Of a stretch of 64,000 nucleotides of DNA, positions 7,831-17,055 are shown piece by piece. Numbering within the stretch: position 1 is the first letter of the stretch; each line of letters starts with the position of its first letter. Below the pieces are notes generated by a model. It was not told the origin of the DNA and searched no databases. It saw only the letters and a list, made by a program, of their open reading frames with translations. A program made the translations under genes and the position numbers. This DNA is from Candidatus Berkelbacteria bacterium (GTDB taxonomy: Bacteria; Patescibacteriota; UBA1384; DTJR01): the NCBI GenBank assembly GCA_026397175.1, contig JAPLVK010000015.1:4996-68995 (forward strand), written 5' to 3'.

Positions 7831-9231
7831 CAGACATTCTATGATAAATTTAAAGTGTTCCCCGCGCTATGCCGCCGGATGACTCATGGCATCCTGCGTC
7901 CCGCCATCGGCGGGATCGCCTTGGTCAGACTGTCTCCGGTGGCATAGGCGCGATTAGTCGCTTCAATAGCTCAATAGAATGTTGCTCCCTTTATGGGTAG
8001 CTTATGATAAATGGTTGCTTGGCGGCTTGAGTCGCGCTTTGCCCGGGACAGGAAGAGCAGAAAAATAAGGAAGGAGGTGAAAATGAACGCGTGTCTTACT
8101 CCCAAGTCAACCGTTGTTGGGGTTGATGTGCATAAATACTCTCACACAGCGGTAGCGATGAATTGCTTCGGCCAGGAAAAAGATCGGCTGGATTTCTCAA
8201 ACGACCGCTTGGATGATTATGTCTTATGGCTTCAGAGGTTAGGCCAAAAAGAAGATATTGTTGTTGCTCTTGAGGATGTAAACGGTTATGGATTTCATAT
8301 TGTCGAAAAATTGAGTCATGAAGGAATCAAAATGCGCTATGTTCCGGCGATACTCACCGAGCGGGACAGAAAACAAAGCATACACAGGGAGAAAAGCGAT
8401 AAGGAAGATGCAAAGCGGGTAGGAAAAGTCATCCTCACAAAGTTCGAGGAGACACTACCCGCCAAAGAAAGTATAGCAAATGAAGCGGAAAGGAACATAA
8501 GCGCCAATCTTGATTTTCTTACTTCCGAAAGAAGAGTGTTGGTTTCCGATAAAACAATTCTCAAAAACCAGCTCCACGCCATGCTTCATCAACTATTCGG
8601 AGATCATTATCAGGATGGATTTGCCAAAGTGTTCAACAGAAAAGCTGTCAGTTCTTATCGCAAGAAATTGTCTTCCTTCAAATCAGCCAATCCGATAAAA
8701 TCCGCTCTTGCTAAAAGCGTCATCAGGCGTTTCGACAGATTGTCTCTTGTCGAAAAACAACTTCAAGAAATAGATAAAACAATAAACGGTCTCGCTAAAA
8801 AATCAGAAGCGGTTATGGCGCTTAAAGACAATATCCATGGCTGTGGCGCAATTACGGGGGCGGCAATTATCGCCGAAGTAACGACTATTGATCGTTTCTC
8901 AAGCAAAGCCAAGTTTGCCCGATATTCCGGCATCGCTCCGATTAACAAATCTTCCGGCATGCACCAACGACTCTATACCAGCCCTTTTGGCAACCGGAAG
9001 ATGAATAGAGCTCTTCATACTATCGCTTTATGCCAAATTGCCTGCAGGGGAGATGACAGAGGGAAAGTATACTTTCAAAAGAAATTATCCGAGGGCAAAA
9101 CAAAACTTTGGGCGCTAAGATGTCTCAAAAGACAAATCTCAAATAGAGTATTTCAAGTGCTCAAAGAACAAAAAAGAGAGGAGACAATAATGCAATAAAA
9201 TAACCCAATAAATCCATGCTATTGACATAAA
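7831..9231 (+). mobile_element. IS110-family insertion sequence (1401 bp), no target-site duplication
   Basis: Flanks rejoin to restore a continuous recombinase reading frame (ctgtc|tggatgcc); lack of TSD/TIR is typical of IS110. Confidence 0.8.
8083..9198 (+). CDS. IS110-family transposase (DEDD N-terminal domain plus Transposase_20-like C-terminus)
   Basis: RBS AAGGAGGTG before ATG 8083; VGVDVHK...AFEDVNG motif pattern of IS110/IS1111 transposases. Confidence 0.8.
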   Translation: MNACLTPKSTVVGVDVHKYSHTAVAMNCFGQEKDRLDFSNDRLDDYVLWLQRLGQKEDIVVALEDVNGYGFHIVEKLSHEGIKMRYVPAILTERDRKQSIHREKSDKEDAKRVGKVILTKFEETLPAKESIANEAERNISANLDFLTSERRVLVSDKTILKNQLHAMLHQLFGDHYQDGFAKVFNRKAVSSYRKKLSSFKSANPIKSALAKSVIRRFDRLSLVEKQLQEIDKTINGLAKKSEAVMALKDNIHGCGAITGAAIIAEVTTIDRFSSKAKFARYSGIAPINKSSGMHQRLYTSPFGNRKMNRALHTIALCQIACRGDDRGKVYFQKKLSEGKTKLWALRCLKRQISNRVFQVLKEQKREETIMQ

Positions 9232-9474
9232 TGGATGCCAAGCCAAAATTCCGTCCGCTTCGCCCTTTTCAATACGCTTTATCATTTTGCCGAAAATATG
9301 GCGGCCGGGAATTTTGGCAGATTGTTTTTCAATAAATGTTTCAACGATATTCAAATTTTCTTGTTTGGCAAAAGCGCGCAATTCTGTGATTTGTGCTTCG
9401 ATAGACAAAATCTGTTTATCCTCCACATCGGTGGACTTGCGGGCGTATAAGAAAAATTTATTTTGATTATTCAT
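9232..9474 (-). pseudogene. serine recombinase N-terminal fragment (catalytic Ser region YARKSTD), truncated by IS110
   Basis: MNNQNKFFLYARKSTD...GILAWHP aligns with residues 1-80 of the intact recombinase at 47585-49081; reads into IS sequence after WHP. Confidence 0.8.
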
Positions 9475-9518
9475 ATTTTTTTATTGGGCAAAGCAAATGC
9501 TTTAAATTGCAAGGGATT

Positions 9519-9633
9519 TCGAACCTCCGCCTGAACGCGCGCGAAGCGCGCGGAAACCCTGTTCAGCCATACTCCTCGGCGCTTCGCGCCGCTGAATTGG
9601 TCGGGAAAAAAACGGAAAGTTTGATTTTGGTGG
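9519..9633. repeat. IR1-R (inverted copy of 6599-6714)
   Basis: See IR1-L. Confidence 0.85.
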
Positions 9634-9778
9634 AATTATACGACTCCGCTCGAACTTTTTTTGAACGAAATTTTTAAAAACTTTTCAAATGAATTCGGCT
9701 CGGGCGGGCAAAAAGGAAGGGGGGTGGGGGGAAGGAATTTTTGCCCGCTCTCGCTTTCCCGACGCTACTGGATTTCGT
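9627..9778. repeat. IR2-L (about 152 bp); inverted partner at 12518-12669, 1 mismatch; contains motif GGAAGGGGGGTGGGGGGAAGGAATT
   Basis: Reverse complement matches 12518-12669; shares core TTTGGTGG with IR1-R. Confidence 0.9.
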
Positions 9779-9894
9779 ATTTCGCTTCGCGAAATGCACC
9801 GCTGGAACTTTACTATTTTTAATTTTCGGTATACTATCAAAGTAGATGAAAGGAAGTAGCACTTATACTTTAATTCTACTATCACAATATCAGT

Positions 9895-10092
9895 ATGTCA
9901 AATATTCAAAAAACACTTAGAAAACTCAGAGAAGCCAAGGGCTTGTCCCAAGAAAAATTGGCGAGATTGTCAGATGTCGCCAATAATACTATTATTAAAA
10001 TTGAAGGTGGCAAAAACCAAAATCCAACACTCGATACTCTCAAAAAAATTTCAAAAGCTCTTGAGGTGAGTGTTGACGATTTGATAAACTAA
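9895..10092 (+). CDS. HTH XRE-family transcriptional regulator
   Basis: GLSQEKLARLSDVANNTIIKIEGG helix-turn-helix. Confidence 0.7.
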   Translation: MSNIQKTLRKLREAKGLSQEKLARLSDVANNTIIKIEGGKNQNPTLDTLKKISKALEVSVDDLIN

Positions 10093-10152
10093 AGTAAAGT
10101 GCGGAACAAAAACCCGTTTTAAAAATGATTTTTATTAAGGAAGAAAACCATA

Positions 10153-11190
10153 ATGGTTAAAAACAATAAAACAACTAAGAAATGCCCGCATTGCAAGGAA
10201 GAAGTTTTAATAGATGCTCGAAAATGTAAGCATTGTGGTGAGTGGCTTGAGACAAAAGAAACTAAGAAGGGGGCTGAGGATGTGGTGCTAAGACAGCCCA
10301 ATGAAGAAGCTAAAAAAACTTCCAATAGTGGCTTCATCGGTTTAATTATTATCCTTGTTATTGTTTTCTTGTTTATGAGTTGGTCAACGCGGTTTATGAT
10401 TTTTGCCTTTTTATCTTTTGTGGCATTGCTGATTGGGTTAACAGAGCCAGACAGATTCAAAAAATTAATCAAAAAACCTACACGAAAAAATATTGGTTTA
10501 GTTTTTGGCTGTGCTGTTCTAGCATTCCTTATTTTATTTGGGATTACTACGCCAAAAAATCCGACTATTGCTTTTAATGATTTAAATGATTCAAGTAAGG
10601 AAGTAACGGTTGGCAATTTTGACATAAAAGGCAAAGTTAGCCCTGCTGATAGCGCTATAAAAATAAAAAAAGATAATAAGACATACATAACTACATCGAA
10701 ACCAGATAAAAATGGTAATTTTACCTATAATGTAGATTTGAATGAGGGAGATAATAATTTCTCATTTACCGCTGATAATCACGGCAAAACATTTTCTATC
10801 TCCAAAAAACTAGTTAGAAAACTTTCTCAAGAAGAAACAACCAAGAAAGATGCAGAAGCAAAAGCCAAGGCCGAAGAGGAAGCTAAGGCAAAAGCTGATG
10901 CTGATGCTAAAAAATCTAGATATGAGGCTGGTTCAGTAAATAAACTAAAAAATATTCAGCCAATTTTTCTTGGAACATCAAAGGACAACTGGACTAAATT
11001 ATCGAAGTATATTCTAGCTGGTGATGACACAGGAGTAAAAAATATGATCTATTCTGGAGAAGCGCTTATTGCTGACGGAGGATCACAAATAAAAACAATT
11101 GAATGGAATTGGGGTATATTTCATGTTCGAATTTTGGAAGGTACAAGCAAAGACAGTGAAGCTTGGGTTTCGGATACTTTTGTTGAATAA
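10153..11190 (+). CDS. membrane protein with N-terminal CxxC-x-CxxC zinc ribbon, conserved 2-TM module and lysine/alanine-rich extracellular region
   Basis: CPHCKEEV...CKHCGEW; TM module paralogous to the next gene. Confidence 0.5.
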   Translation: MVKNNKTTKKCPHCKEEVLIDARKCKHCGEWLETKETKKGAEDVVLRQPNEEAKKTSNSGFIGLIIILVIVFLFMSWSTRFMIFAFLSFVALLIGLTEPDRFKKLIKKPTRKNIGLVFGCAVLAFLILFGITTPKNPTIAFNDLNDSSKEVTVGNFDIKGKVSPADSAIKIKKDNKTYITTSKPDKNGNFTYNVDLNEGDNNFSFTADNHGKTFSISKKLVRKLSQEETTKKDAEAKAKAEEEAKAKADADAKKSRYEAGSVNKLKNIQPIFLGTSKDNWTKLSKYILAGDDTGVKNMIYSGEALIADGGSQIKTIEWNWGIFHVRILEGTSKDSEAWVSDTFVE

Positions 11191-11206
11191 CTTTTAAAGG
11201 AAAAAT

Positions 11207-12067
11207 ATGAACACATTATTTTTACTTCTCTTCCTTGCCTCATTTATTTGTTTAATTATTGGCTTAACAAAACCCGCTACTTTTTCTCGTTTTATCAAAG
11301 GAAAATCCGCTAGAAAAAATATCGGGTTGATTTTTGGCATTGCTACTTTAGTATTTTTCATTTTATATGTGGCGACGGCTAATACCAGTGATAAAAAAAC
11401 GACAACGCAATCGCCGAGTTCTACAAAAACCACAGCAAGCCAGGAAAGCAAAACTGTAGAACCGAAGATCGCCGCCGCTTATAAAACTGTTGCGACCGAA
11501 GATTTAAGCATGAAAGCATTGGGAAATAAAAAATTATCCGATTACTCTAGCTCGGAAATTTCTAAGTTGCCGACCGACAAACGGTACCAGTTCCGAATTG
11601 TTATCGAAAAAAATCTCGATCAAGACAGTATAAAGAAAATTATCGAGTCACTCATTAGCGATAAAAGATCCGAGGATAGTGATATTGATGAACTTACTAT
11701 CTTCATCTATGATGACGAAAAAGATGCCAAGGAACCATACACAATCGGGAAAGCTATCTGGTCGCCAGGTGGGGTTTGGGGAAGTGTAACGCCTGAAATT
11801 GCCAGTAGCAATAACCGTGCCAATTATATAACAAATTATGAGTTCGTTACAAAAACTACAACAAATACCCTTACCGACAGGGAAAAAGAAATAAGGAATG
11901 ACTATAACAATAAACTCGATGAGTTACTCGCTAAGCAAACAGAATGGTCTTCGGATTCATCAACTGATGATGCAATTAATAAAGAACTCGAAGATTACAT
12001 TATGAAAAAATATTCAATTACAAAAGATGAATTGGATAAAATCATGGTCAAAGGTTTAATACAATAA
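11207..12067 (+). CDS. membrane protein paralogous (TM module) to 10153-11190
   Basis: CLIIGLTKPATFSRFIKGKSARKNIGLIFGIATLVFFIL aligns with ALLIGLTEPDRFKKLIKKPTRKNIGLVFGCAVLAFLIL. Confidence 0.5.
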   Translation: MNTLFLLLFLASFICLIIGLTKPATFSRFIKGKSARKNIGLIFGIATLVFFILYVATANTSDKKTTTQSPSSTKTTASQESKTVEPKIAAAYKTVATEDLSMKALGNKKLSDYSSSEISKLPTDKRYQFRIVIEKNLDQDSIKKIIESLISDKRSEDSDIDELTIFIYDDEKDAKEPYTIGKAIWSPGGVWGSVTPEIASSNNRANYITNYEFVTKTTTNTLTDREKEIRNDYNNKLDELLAKQTEWSSDSSTDDAINKELEDYIMKKYSITKDELDKIMVKGLIQ

Positions 12068-12078
12068 AATTGTAAAAT

Positions 12079-12489
12079 ATGGCAAACGAAAATCAAAAAC
12101 CTATCCATAAATTACCGGAGTCAACGATCCGTATTATGGAAGAAGCCCAAAAATCATACAAACGCTTGGCTGGTAGCATAGCAAATATGGCGAGTATTCT
12201 TCCAAAATTTCCCAAAATTGACATCTCAAAATTTCAAATACTCGACCAGCAAGAACGTGAAATAGTTCCGCCACTGAATTACGATCTTATGCATGAACAG
12301 AATGAATGGAAGCGACATATAGAAATTTTGGATGTGCAAAATGTGGTAGTTGAGACACTATCAGGAATTTTGAAAGAACAAAAATCTACAACAAAACTAA
12401 CATTGTGTCTAAAAAAATTAACATGGGCCATCTTAATTTTGACAATGCTAGGAATTGTAGCAACAGTTATATTTAGCATCATGAAATAA
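12079..12489 (+). CDS. hypothetical protein with C-terminal TM anchor
   Basis: ORF with terminal hydrophobic helix. Confidence 0.35.
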   Translation: MANENQKPIHKLPESTIRIMEEAQKSYKRLAGSIANMASILPKFPKIDISKFQILDQQEREIVPPLNYDLMHEQNEWKRHIEILDVQNVVVETLSGILKEQKSTTKLTLCLKKLTWAILILTMLGIVATVIFSIMK

Positions 12490-12517
12490 TGCAAGCGATG
12501 CGCCAGCTTTGCTGGCA

Positions 12518-12669
12518 CGAAATCCAGTAGCGTCGGGAAAGCGAGAGCGGGCAAAAATTCCTTCCCCCCACCCCCCTTCCTTTTTGCCCGCCCGAGCAGA
12601 ATTCATTTGAAAAGTTTTTAAAAATTTCGTTCAAAAAAAGTTCGAGCGGAGTCGTATAATTCCACCAAA
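12518..12669. repeat. IR2-R (inverted copy of 9627-9778)
   Basis: See IR2-L. Confidence 0.9.
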
Positions 12670-12671
12670 TT

Positions 12672-13208
12672 TTATTTCACAACTTCAAACAAAACAATCC
12701 CTGCTGAAGTTGCCACATTCAAACTATTTGCACGACCGTGCATTGGGATCTCAACGGATAAATCGCATAATTTTAGGACATCGGCCGAGACCCCGTTTCT
12801 TTCGTGTCCTAAAATAATCGCAAGCGGGAATTTATATTTAGCTTTTGTAAATTCAATTGATTTATCAGTTTGTTCTAGCGCCACGATCTGAATTCCTTCC
12901 GCCTTTAAACTTTTAACTTTTAACTTTGCACTTTCCGCATATTCCCAATCAACCCACTCAACCGCACCCATCGAGGTCTTAAAAATCTTGTTTCTGGGTG
13001 GTGTGGCGGTTATTCCACATAAATATATTTTTTTTACTCTCGCTCCGTCGCAAGTTCTAAAAATCGCCCCGACATTTTCCATCGCTTTAATATTGTCCAG
13101 GACAACATAAACATCATTGCGGGGAGCTGATTTTATCGTTTTTATTCCGCCCTTGATTTTAATATTTTCTCGTACATTTCGTTGTTTCATATTTACAAAT
13201 TTAACCAT
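12672..13208 (-). CDS. SpoU/TrmH-family RNA 2'-O-methyltransferase
   Basis: SpoU motifs (ENVGAIFRT..., ILGHERNGVS, LNVATSAGIVLFE); its stop codon abuts the element boundary. Confidence 0.75.
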   Translation of the reverse strand: MVKFVNMKQRNVRENIKIKGGIKTIKSAPRNDVYVVLDNIKAMENVGAIFRTCDGARVKKIYLCGITATPPRNKIFKTSMGAVEWVDWEYAESAKLKVKSLKAEGIQIVALEQTDKSIEFTKAKYKFPLAIILGHERNGVSADVLKLCDLSVEIPMHGRANSLNVATSAGIVLFEVVK

Positions 13209-13270
13209 AAAAATATGTTTTTGGCAATAATTGAGTTGAAACTATCAAATCATCTGCTAAAATTAATTTA

Positions 13271-13993
13271 ATGAAATTAAAAGCAATACAAACAGCTCTG
13301 GTTGTGGTTTTGGCCGTGGGGATTTTTGGCTTTGGTGTTTACCGCTATTTCCCTGTTATTTTTGGAGATACGGTTTATCCCTTGGATTATGTAGACCAAA
13401 TAAACTCTTGTGCCGATAATTTTGGACTTGACAAGCCGTTACTTGCTGCTTTGATTTTAAAGGAGTCGGGTTTTAACCCAAGGGCGGTCTCTCGAGCCGG
13501 GGCGATGGGGTTAACTCAACTTATGCCTCTAACCGCTAAGGGCATTAATCAAAGGGTCTTCGATGGAAAATATTCCGATTATTTTGATCCGGAAACAAAT
13601 ATCTGTATGGGTGCGGCTCACTTGGCCGGTCTAATGGGAACTTACAATGGTGATGTAACAGCGGCCTTGATTGCTTATAACGGAGGAGACGGCGCAGCCA
13701 GAAGATATTTAGCCGCTCGCGACACTTCTGTTTTAGTAACCGAAACCCGACTTTACGCGCCAAAGATTTTGGCGGCTCGGGAGGCCTATGCTTCACTTTA
13801 CGCCGATAAATTTACACCTCCAAAAGCAGAATTTAAAATGCCGGACGGAACAAGTTCCGGTTCAAGCGGCGGTTCAGCTTTCAGTACCCCCACGCCAATT
13901 ATTAAAGTCGAGGTCCAAAAACAATCCGATAAAACAAACGCCTTCTGGAAGGGCTTTATAAAAGATGCCTTTGCAAGATTTATCAGCAAATAG
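13271..13993 (+). CDS. lytic transglycosylase (SLT domain), N-terminal TM
   Basis: ESGFNP...GAMGLTQLMP SLT motif. Confidence 0.75.
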   Translation: MKLKAIQTALVVVLAVGIFGFGVYRYFPVIFGDTVYPLDYVDQINSCADNFGLDKPLLAALILKESGFNPRAVSRAGAMGLTQLMPLTAKGINQRVFDGKYSDYFDPETNICMGAAHLAGLMGTYNGDVTAALIAYNGGDGAARRYLAARDTSVLVTETRLYAPKILAAREAYASLYADKFTPPKAEFKMPDGTSSGSSGGSAFSTPTPIIKVEVQKQSDKTNAFWKGFIKDAFARFISK

Positions 13994-14077
13994 TTTAAGG
14001 GAAAAATTGACGCGCAGTGTCATCCTGCTTGCCCGCCGTAGCTTTGGCGAAGGTGGGAGCAAGTCGAAGGATCTGAA

Positions 14078-15988
14078 ATGATTTCGAGCGAATTGCGAGA
14101 AAAATTCCTTAGCTTTTTCGAAGGGAAGGGGCATAAAATCATGCCTTCTTCTTCATTATTGCCCGAAAACGATCCTTCGGTTTTGTTCACAACCGCTGGG
14201 ATGCAGCAGTTTAAACGATATTATCTTTTTCCGGACGAAGCTCCGGCAACTCGAATTGTAACTTGTCAAAAATGCGTTAGAACTGGAGACATTGACGAAG
14301 TGGGGGACGAAACCCATCTGACTTTTTTTGAAATGCTGGGAAATTTTTCTTTTGGCTATAAAGCAGTTAAAAGTGAAAAGTTAAAAGGGGAAAGTTCGCC
14401 AAGAAGTTCAAGCGGTCCATATTTCAAGGAAGAAGCGATTCAGTGGGCGTGGGAATTTTTAATCAAAGAATTGCAAATTGATAAATCAAGAATTTTCGCA
14501 ACATACTTTAAGGGAGAAAATGGCGTTCCGGCCGACGAGGAATCACTAAAAATTTTACAGGAAATCGAAGGACTTTCAAAAATCGAACCGCAGGGTTTTG
14601 ACGACAATTTTTGGTCGCTCGGGACAGAAAATTCTCCCGGCGGACCAACAGTAGAATTCTACATTTACCCAGAGCAAAGTCGAGGGGTGGATGGCGTAGA
14701 AATATGGAATCTTGTTTTCAATGAGTTCGTTTTGAAAAACGGAAGATACGAGCTATCGGAACTAAAAGGGATTGATACCGGTTTGGGTTTGGAGCGTCTT
14801 GCTGCGATGATGCAGGGAAAATCCGATGTTTACCAAACGGATTTGTTTGCGCCGATAATTCAAAAAATCGAAGAACTCTCTGGCAAAAAATATTTATCCC
14901 CTTCGCGTCATCCTGAACTTGATTCAGGATCTAGTAAATTGCCAAATCAAAATGCCACTGTTAACACACAAAGCTTTCGCATCATTGCCGATCATATCAA
15001 GTCAGCTTTTTACATGATTAACGACGGCGTTGAGCCGTCAAATAAGGGGCAGGGTTATATTTTACGCCGGCTGATCAGGCGAGCCGTAGTTAAAGGTAAG
15101 CAGCTGGGAATCAATGAAAATTTTACATCTCTGCTTAGCTCTGTCATTTCGACCGGGTTTGGGAGTGGAACCCAAACCTACTCAATCGCGGAGAAATCTG
15201 CCTGTCATCCCGACCTTGCGGAGGGATCTAATTCAGATCTCTCGGCTTCAGCTCGAGATGACACCGGTAGCAAGCTGGAAACCGAAGAAAATAAATTTAG
15301 AAAAACACTGATCAGTGGGTTAAAAATTATTTCTTTGCAAAACAGTTTTGACGGCAAGACAATTTTTGATCTTTATCAAACCTACGGAATTCCTGTTGAG
15401 ATAACTCTCGAGGAAGCAAAAAGACGAAACAAAGATATTTCAGATGCCTCGCTAGAAGAGTTTAGAAAATTAGTGGGCGAGCATCAAGAAAAATCCCGAA
15501 CTGCCTCTGCCGGAATGTTCAAGGGGGGATTGGCTGATAATAAAATCGAAACAACACGACTACATACGATCGCGCATTTACTTCTCGCCGCACTTCGTCA
15601 TATTCTTGGCGAGGAAATTGAACAGAAAGGTTCAAATATTACCGAGGAAAGGTTGAGATTCGATTTTAATTATCCGGAAAAATTATCCGATGAGCAGCTC
15701 AAAAAAATAGAAGATCTTGTAAATATAAAAATCGAAGAGGCATTGCCGATTACAATGCAGGAACTAAGTTTAGACGAAGCCAAAAAATCTGGCGCAACTG
15801 GTTCGTTTCACGATCGTTACGGTAGCTCTGTTAGAGTTTTCACGGTTGGTGACCCTGCTGAACCATTTTCTCGTGAAATCTGTGGCGGTCCTCATGTAAA
15901 AAATACTTCTGAACTCGGCCACTTCAAAATCACCAAAGAAGAATCCTCGAGTGCTGGCATTAGGAGGATTAAAGCAATTTTAGAGTAA
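14078..15988 (+). CDS. alaS: alanine--tRNA ligase (short form: catalytic plus editing domain, no C-Ala; Ser-rich low-complexity insert)
   Basis: FTTAGMQQFK motif, HxxxH editing motif (HTIAHLL), CGGPHV. Confidence 0.8.
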   Translation: MISSELREKFLSFFEGKGHKIMPSSSLLPENDPSVLFTTAGMQQFKRYYLFPDEAPATRIVTCQKCVRTGDIDEVGDETHLTFFEMLGNFSFGYKAVKSEKLKGESSPRSSSGPYFKEEAIQWAWEFLIKELQIDKSRIFATYFKGENGVPADEESLKILQEIEGLSKIEPQGFDDNFWSLGTENSPGGPTVEFYIYPEQSRGVDGVEIWNLVFNEFVLKNGRYELSELKGIDTGLGLERLAAMMQGKSDVYQTDLFAPIIQKIEELSGKKYLSPSRHPELDSGSSKLPNQNATVNTQSFRIIADHIKSAFYMINDGVEPSNKGQGYILRRLIRRAVVKGKQLGINENFTSLLSSVISTGFGSGTQTYSIAEKSACHPDLAEGSNSDLSASARDDTGSKLETEENKFRKTLISGLKIISLQNSFDGKTIFDLYQTYGIPVEITLEEAKRRNKDISDASLEEFRKLVGEHQEKSRTASAGMFKGGLADNKIETTRLHTIAHLLLAALRHILGEEIEQKGSNITEERLRFDFNYPEKLSDEQLKKIEDLVNIKIEEALPITMQELSLDEAKKSGATGSFHDRYGSSVRVFTVGDPAEPFSREICGGPHVKNTSELGHFKITKEESSSAGIRRIKAILE

Positions 15989-16029
15989 TTGATCATCGGT
16001 ACTGAAACTATTGTTAAAATCTAAAACTT

Positions 16030-16059
16030 GCACTTTTGGTACGATCGTACCAAAAGTGC
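16030..16059. terminator. 30-bp perfect palindrome GCACTTTTGGTACGATCGTACCAAAAGTGC between convergent alaS and the 16097-16918 gene
   Basis: Perfect inverted symmetry; plausible bidirectional terminator. Confidence 0.5.
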
Positions 16060-16096
16060 GAATAAATCTGTAAATTATAGTCCTGTATATTCAAAT

Positions 16097-16918
16097 TTAA
16101 GAACTCAAGTATCTTTCTATAAACCGCTTAGCTTTAATGAGTTTTGAGAGGACTAGTTTTTCTGAAATTCGTTTTTTGGAGCCAAGCGATATAAATGTAT
16201 CGCACCAAAGTTCGATCGAAATTGGGCCGGAGTATTTGGTCTCTTTTAATTTCTTTAAAAATTTTTTAAGGGGCAATTTTCCTTCGCCCGGTACAAGGTG
16301 AGAATCAATAATATTTCCCTTTTTTTCGGGGTTTTCTCTTATGTCAGAATCGGAAAAATGGATGTATTTGATCTTATCCTTTAGCTTTTCAAAATACTCA
16401 ATCGGATCCATTTCGGCGGTACCAATATGCGAGGTATCAAGATTTATTGATTTAAACTCCTTCATCACATCAAAATGATAACTCGGATTTATTGAAACGC
16501 CGGTTTTTGCATCAATCCTTTTAGTCGCATTTTCAAACACAACCGTAACCGGCTTTGCCTGATTCATAACCTTTTTTTGGTTTTGAATTAGCCATGCGGT
16601 GTAATTTAAATCGGAATGATCCCAAGAGTGAACGATTAAAAATTTGGCTTTAATTACTTTAGCCAGTTTGGTGCTGTTTTTGAGTCGTGTTTTCCAATCA
16701 CTCCAGTTTTCTACAAACTCCATCGCCGAGTGTACGGCTACAACCTTTAATTTAAATTTTCTCTCAAGAGAAATAATATAATCCGGCTCTTGACTGTCGA
16801 ACGATTCATCAATGATAAGCTCGATGTCTTTAAAGCCCACTTTCTTTGCTACCTCAAAAAATCGGTATAATCCGTATTTGTGACAAGAGCCGGTTGATAA
16901 AATTATTTGGTTTTGCAT
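16097..16918 (-). CDS. sugar phosphate isomerase/epimerase (xylose isomerase-like TIM barrel)
   Basis: HLVPGEGKLP and overall AP-endonuclease-2/xylose-isomerase-like pattern. Confidence 0.6.
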   Translation of the reverse strand: MQNQIILSTGSCHKYGLYRFFEVAKKVGFKDIELIIDESFDSQEPDYIISLERKFKLKVVAVHSAMEFVENWSDWKTRLKNSTKLAKVIKAKFLIVHSWDHSDLNYTAWLIQNQKKVMNQAKPVTVVFENATKRIDAKTGVSINPSYHFDVMKEFKSINLDTSHIGTAEMDPIEYFEKLKDKIKYIHFSDSDIRENPEKKGNIIDSHLVPGEGKLPLKKFLKKLKETKYSGPISIELWCDTFISLGSKKRISEKLVLSKLIKAKRFIERYLSS

Positions 16919-17015
16919 TTGGTCAAAATTTTACTAAAGATATGGTCAAAAAGCAATTTTTGGAAGATATGCTTTCGGAAAGCGGAGGATTTGGTAGATA
17001 CCTTTAGTTGCGGAC

Positions 17016-17055
17016 AATATTCGACTAATGGACGATCGTCCATTAGTCGAATATT
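17016..17055. promoter_or_regulatory. 40-bp perfect palindrome AATATTCGACTAATGGACGATCGTCCATTAGTCGAATATT in a divergent promoter region
   Basis: Perfect dyad symmetry; same ACGATCGT centre as the palindrome at 16030. Confidence 0.4.

Larger units (their letters stand above)
6599..12670. mobile_element. composite tRNA-Leu-associated element: serine-recombinase module (6599-9633) plus IR-bounded cargo module (9627-12669)
   Basis: Bounded by CACCAAA core at 6599-6605 (tRNA 3' end) and 12663-12669 (2 bp before the stop of the convergent SpoU gene); inverted core at 9626-9633; two nested pairs of long inverted repeats. Confidence 0.6.
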
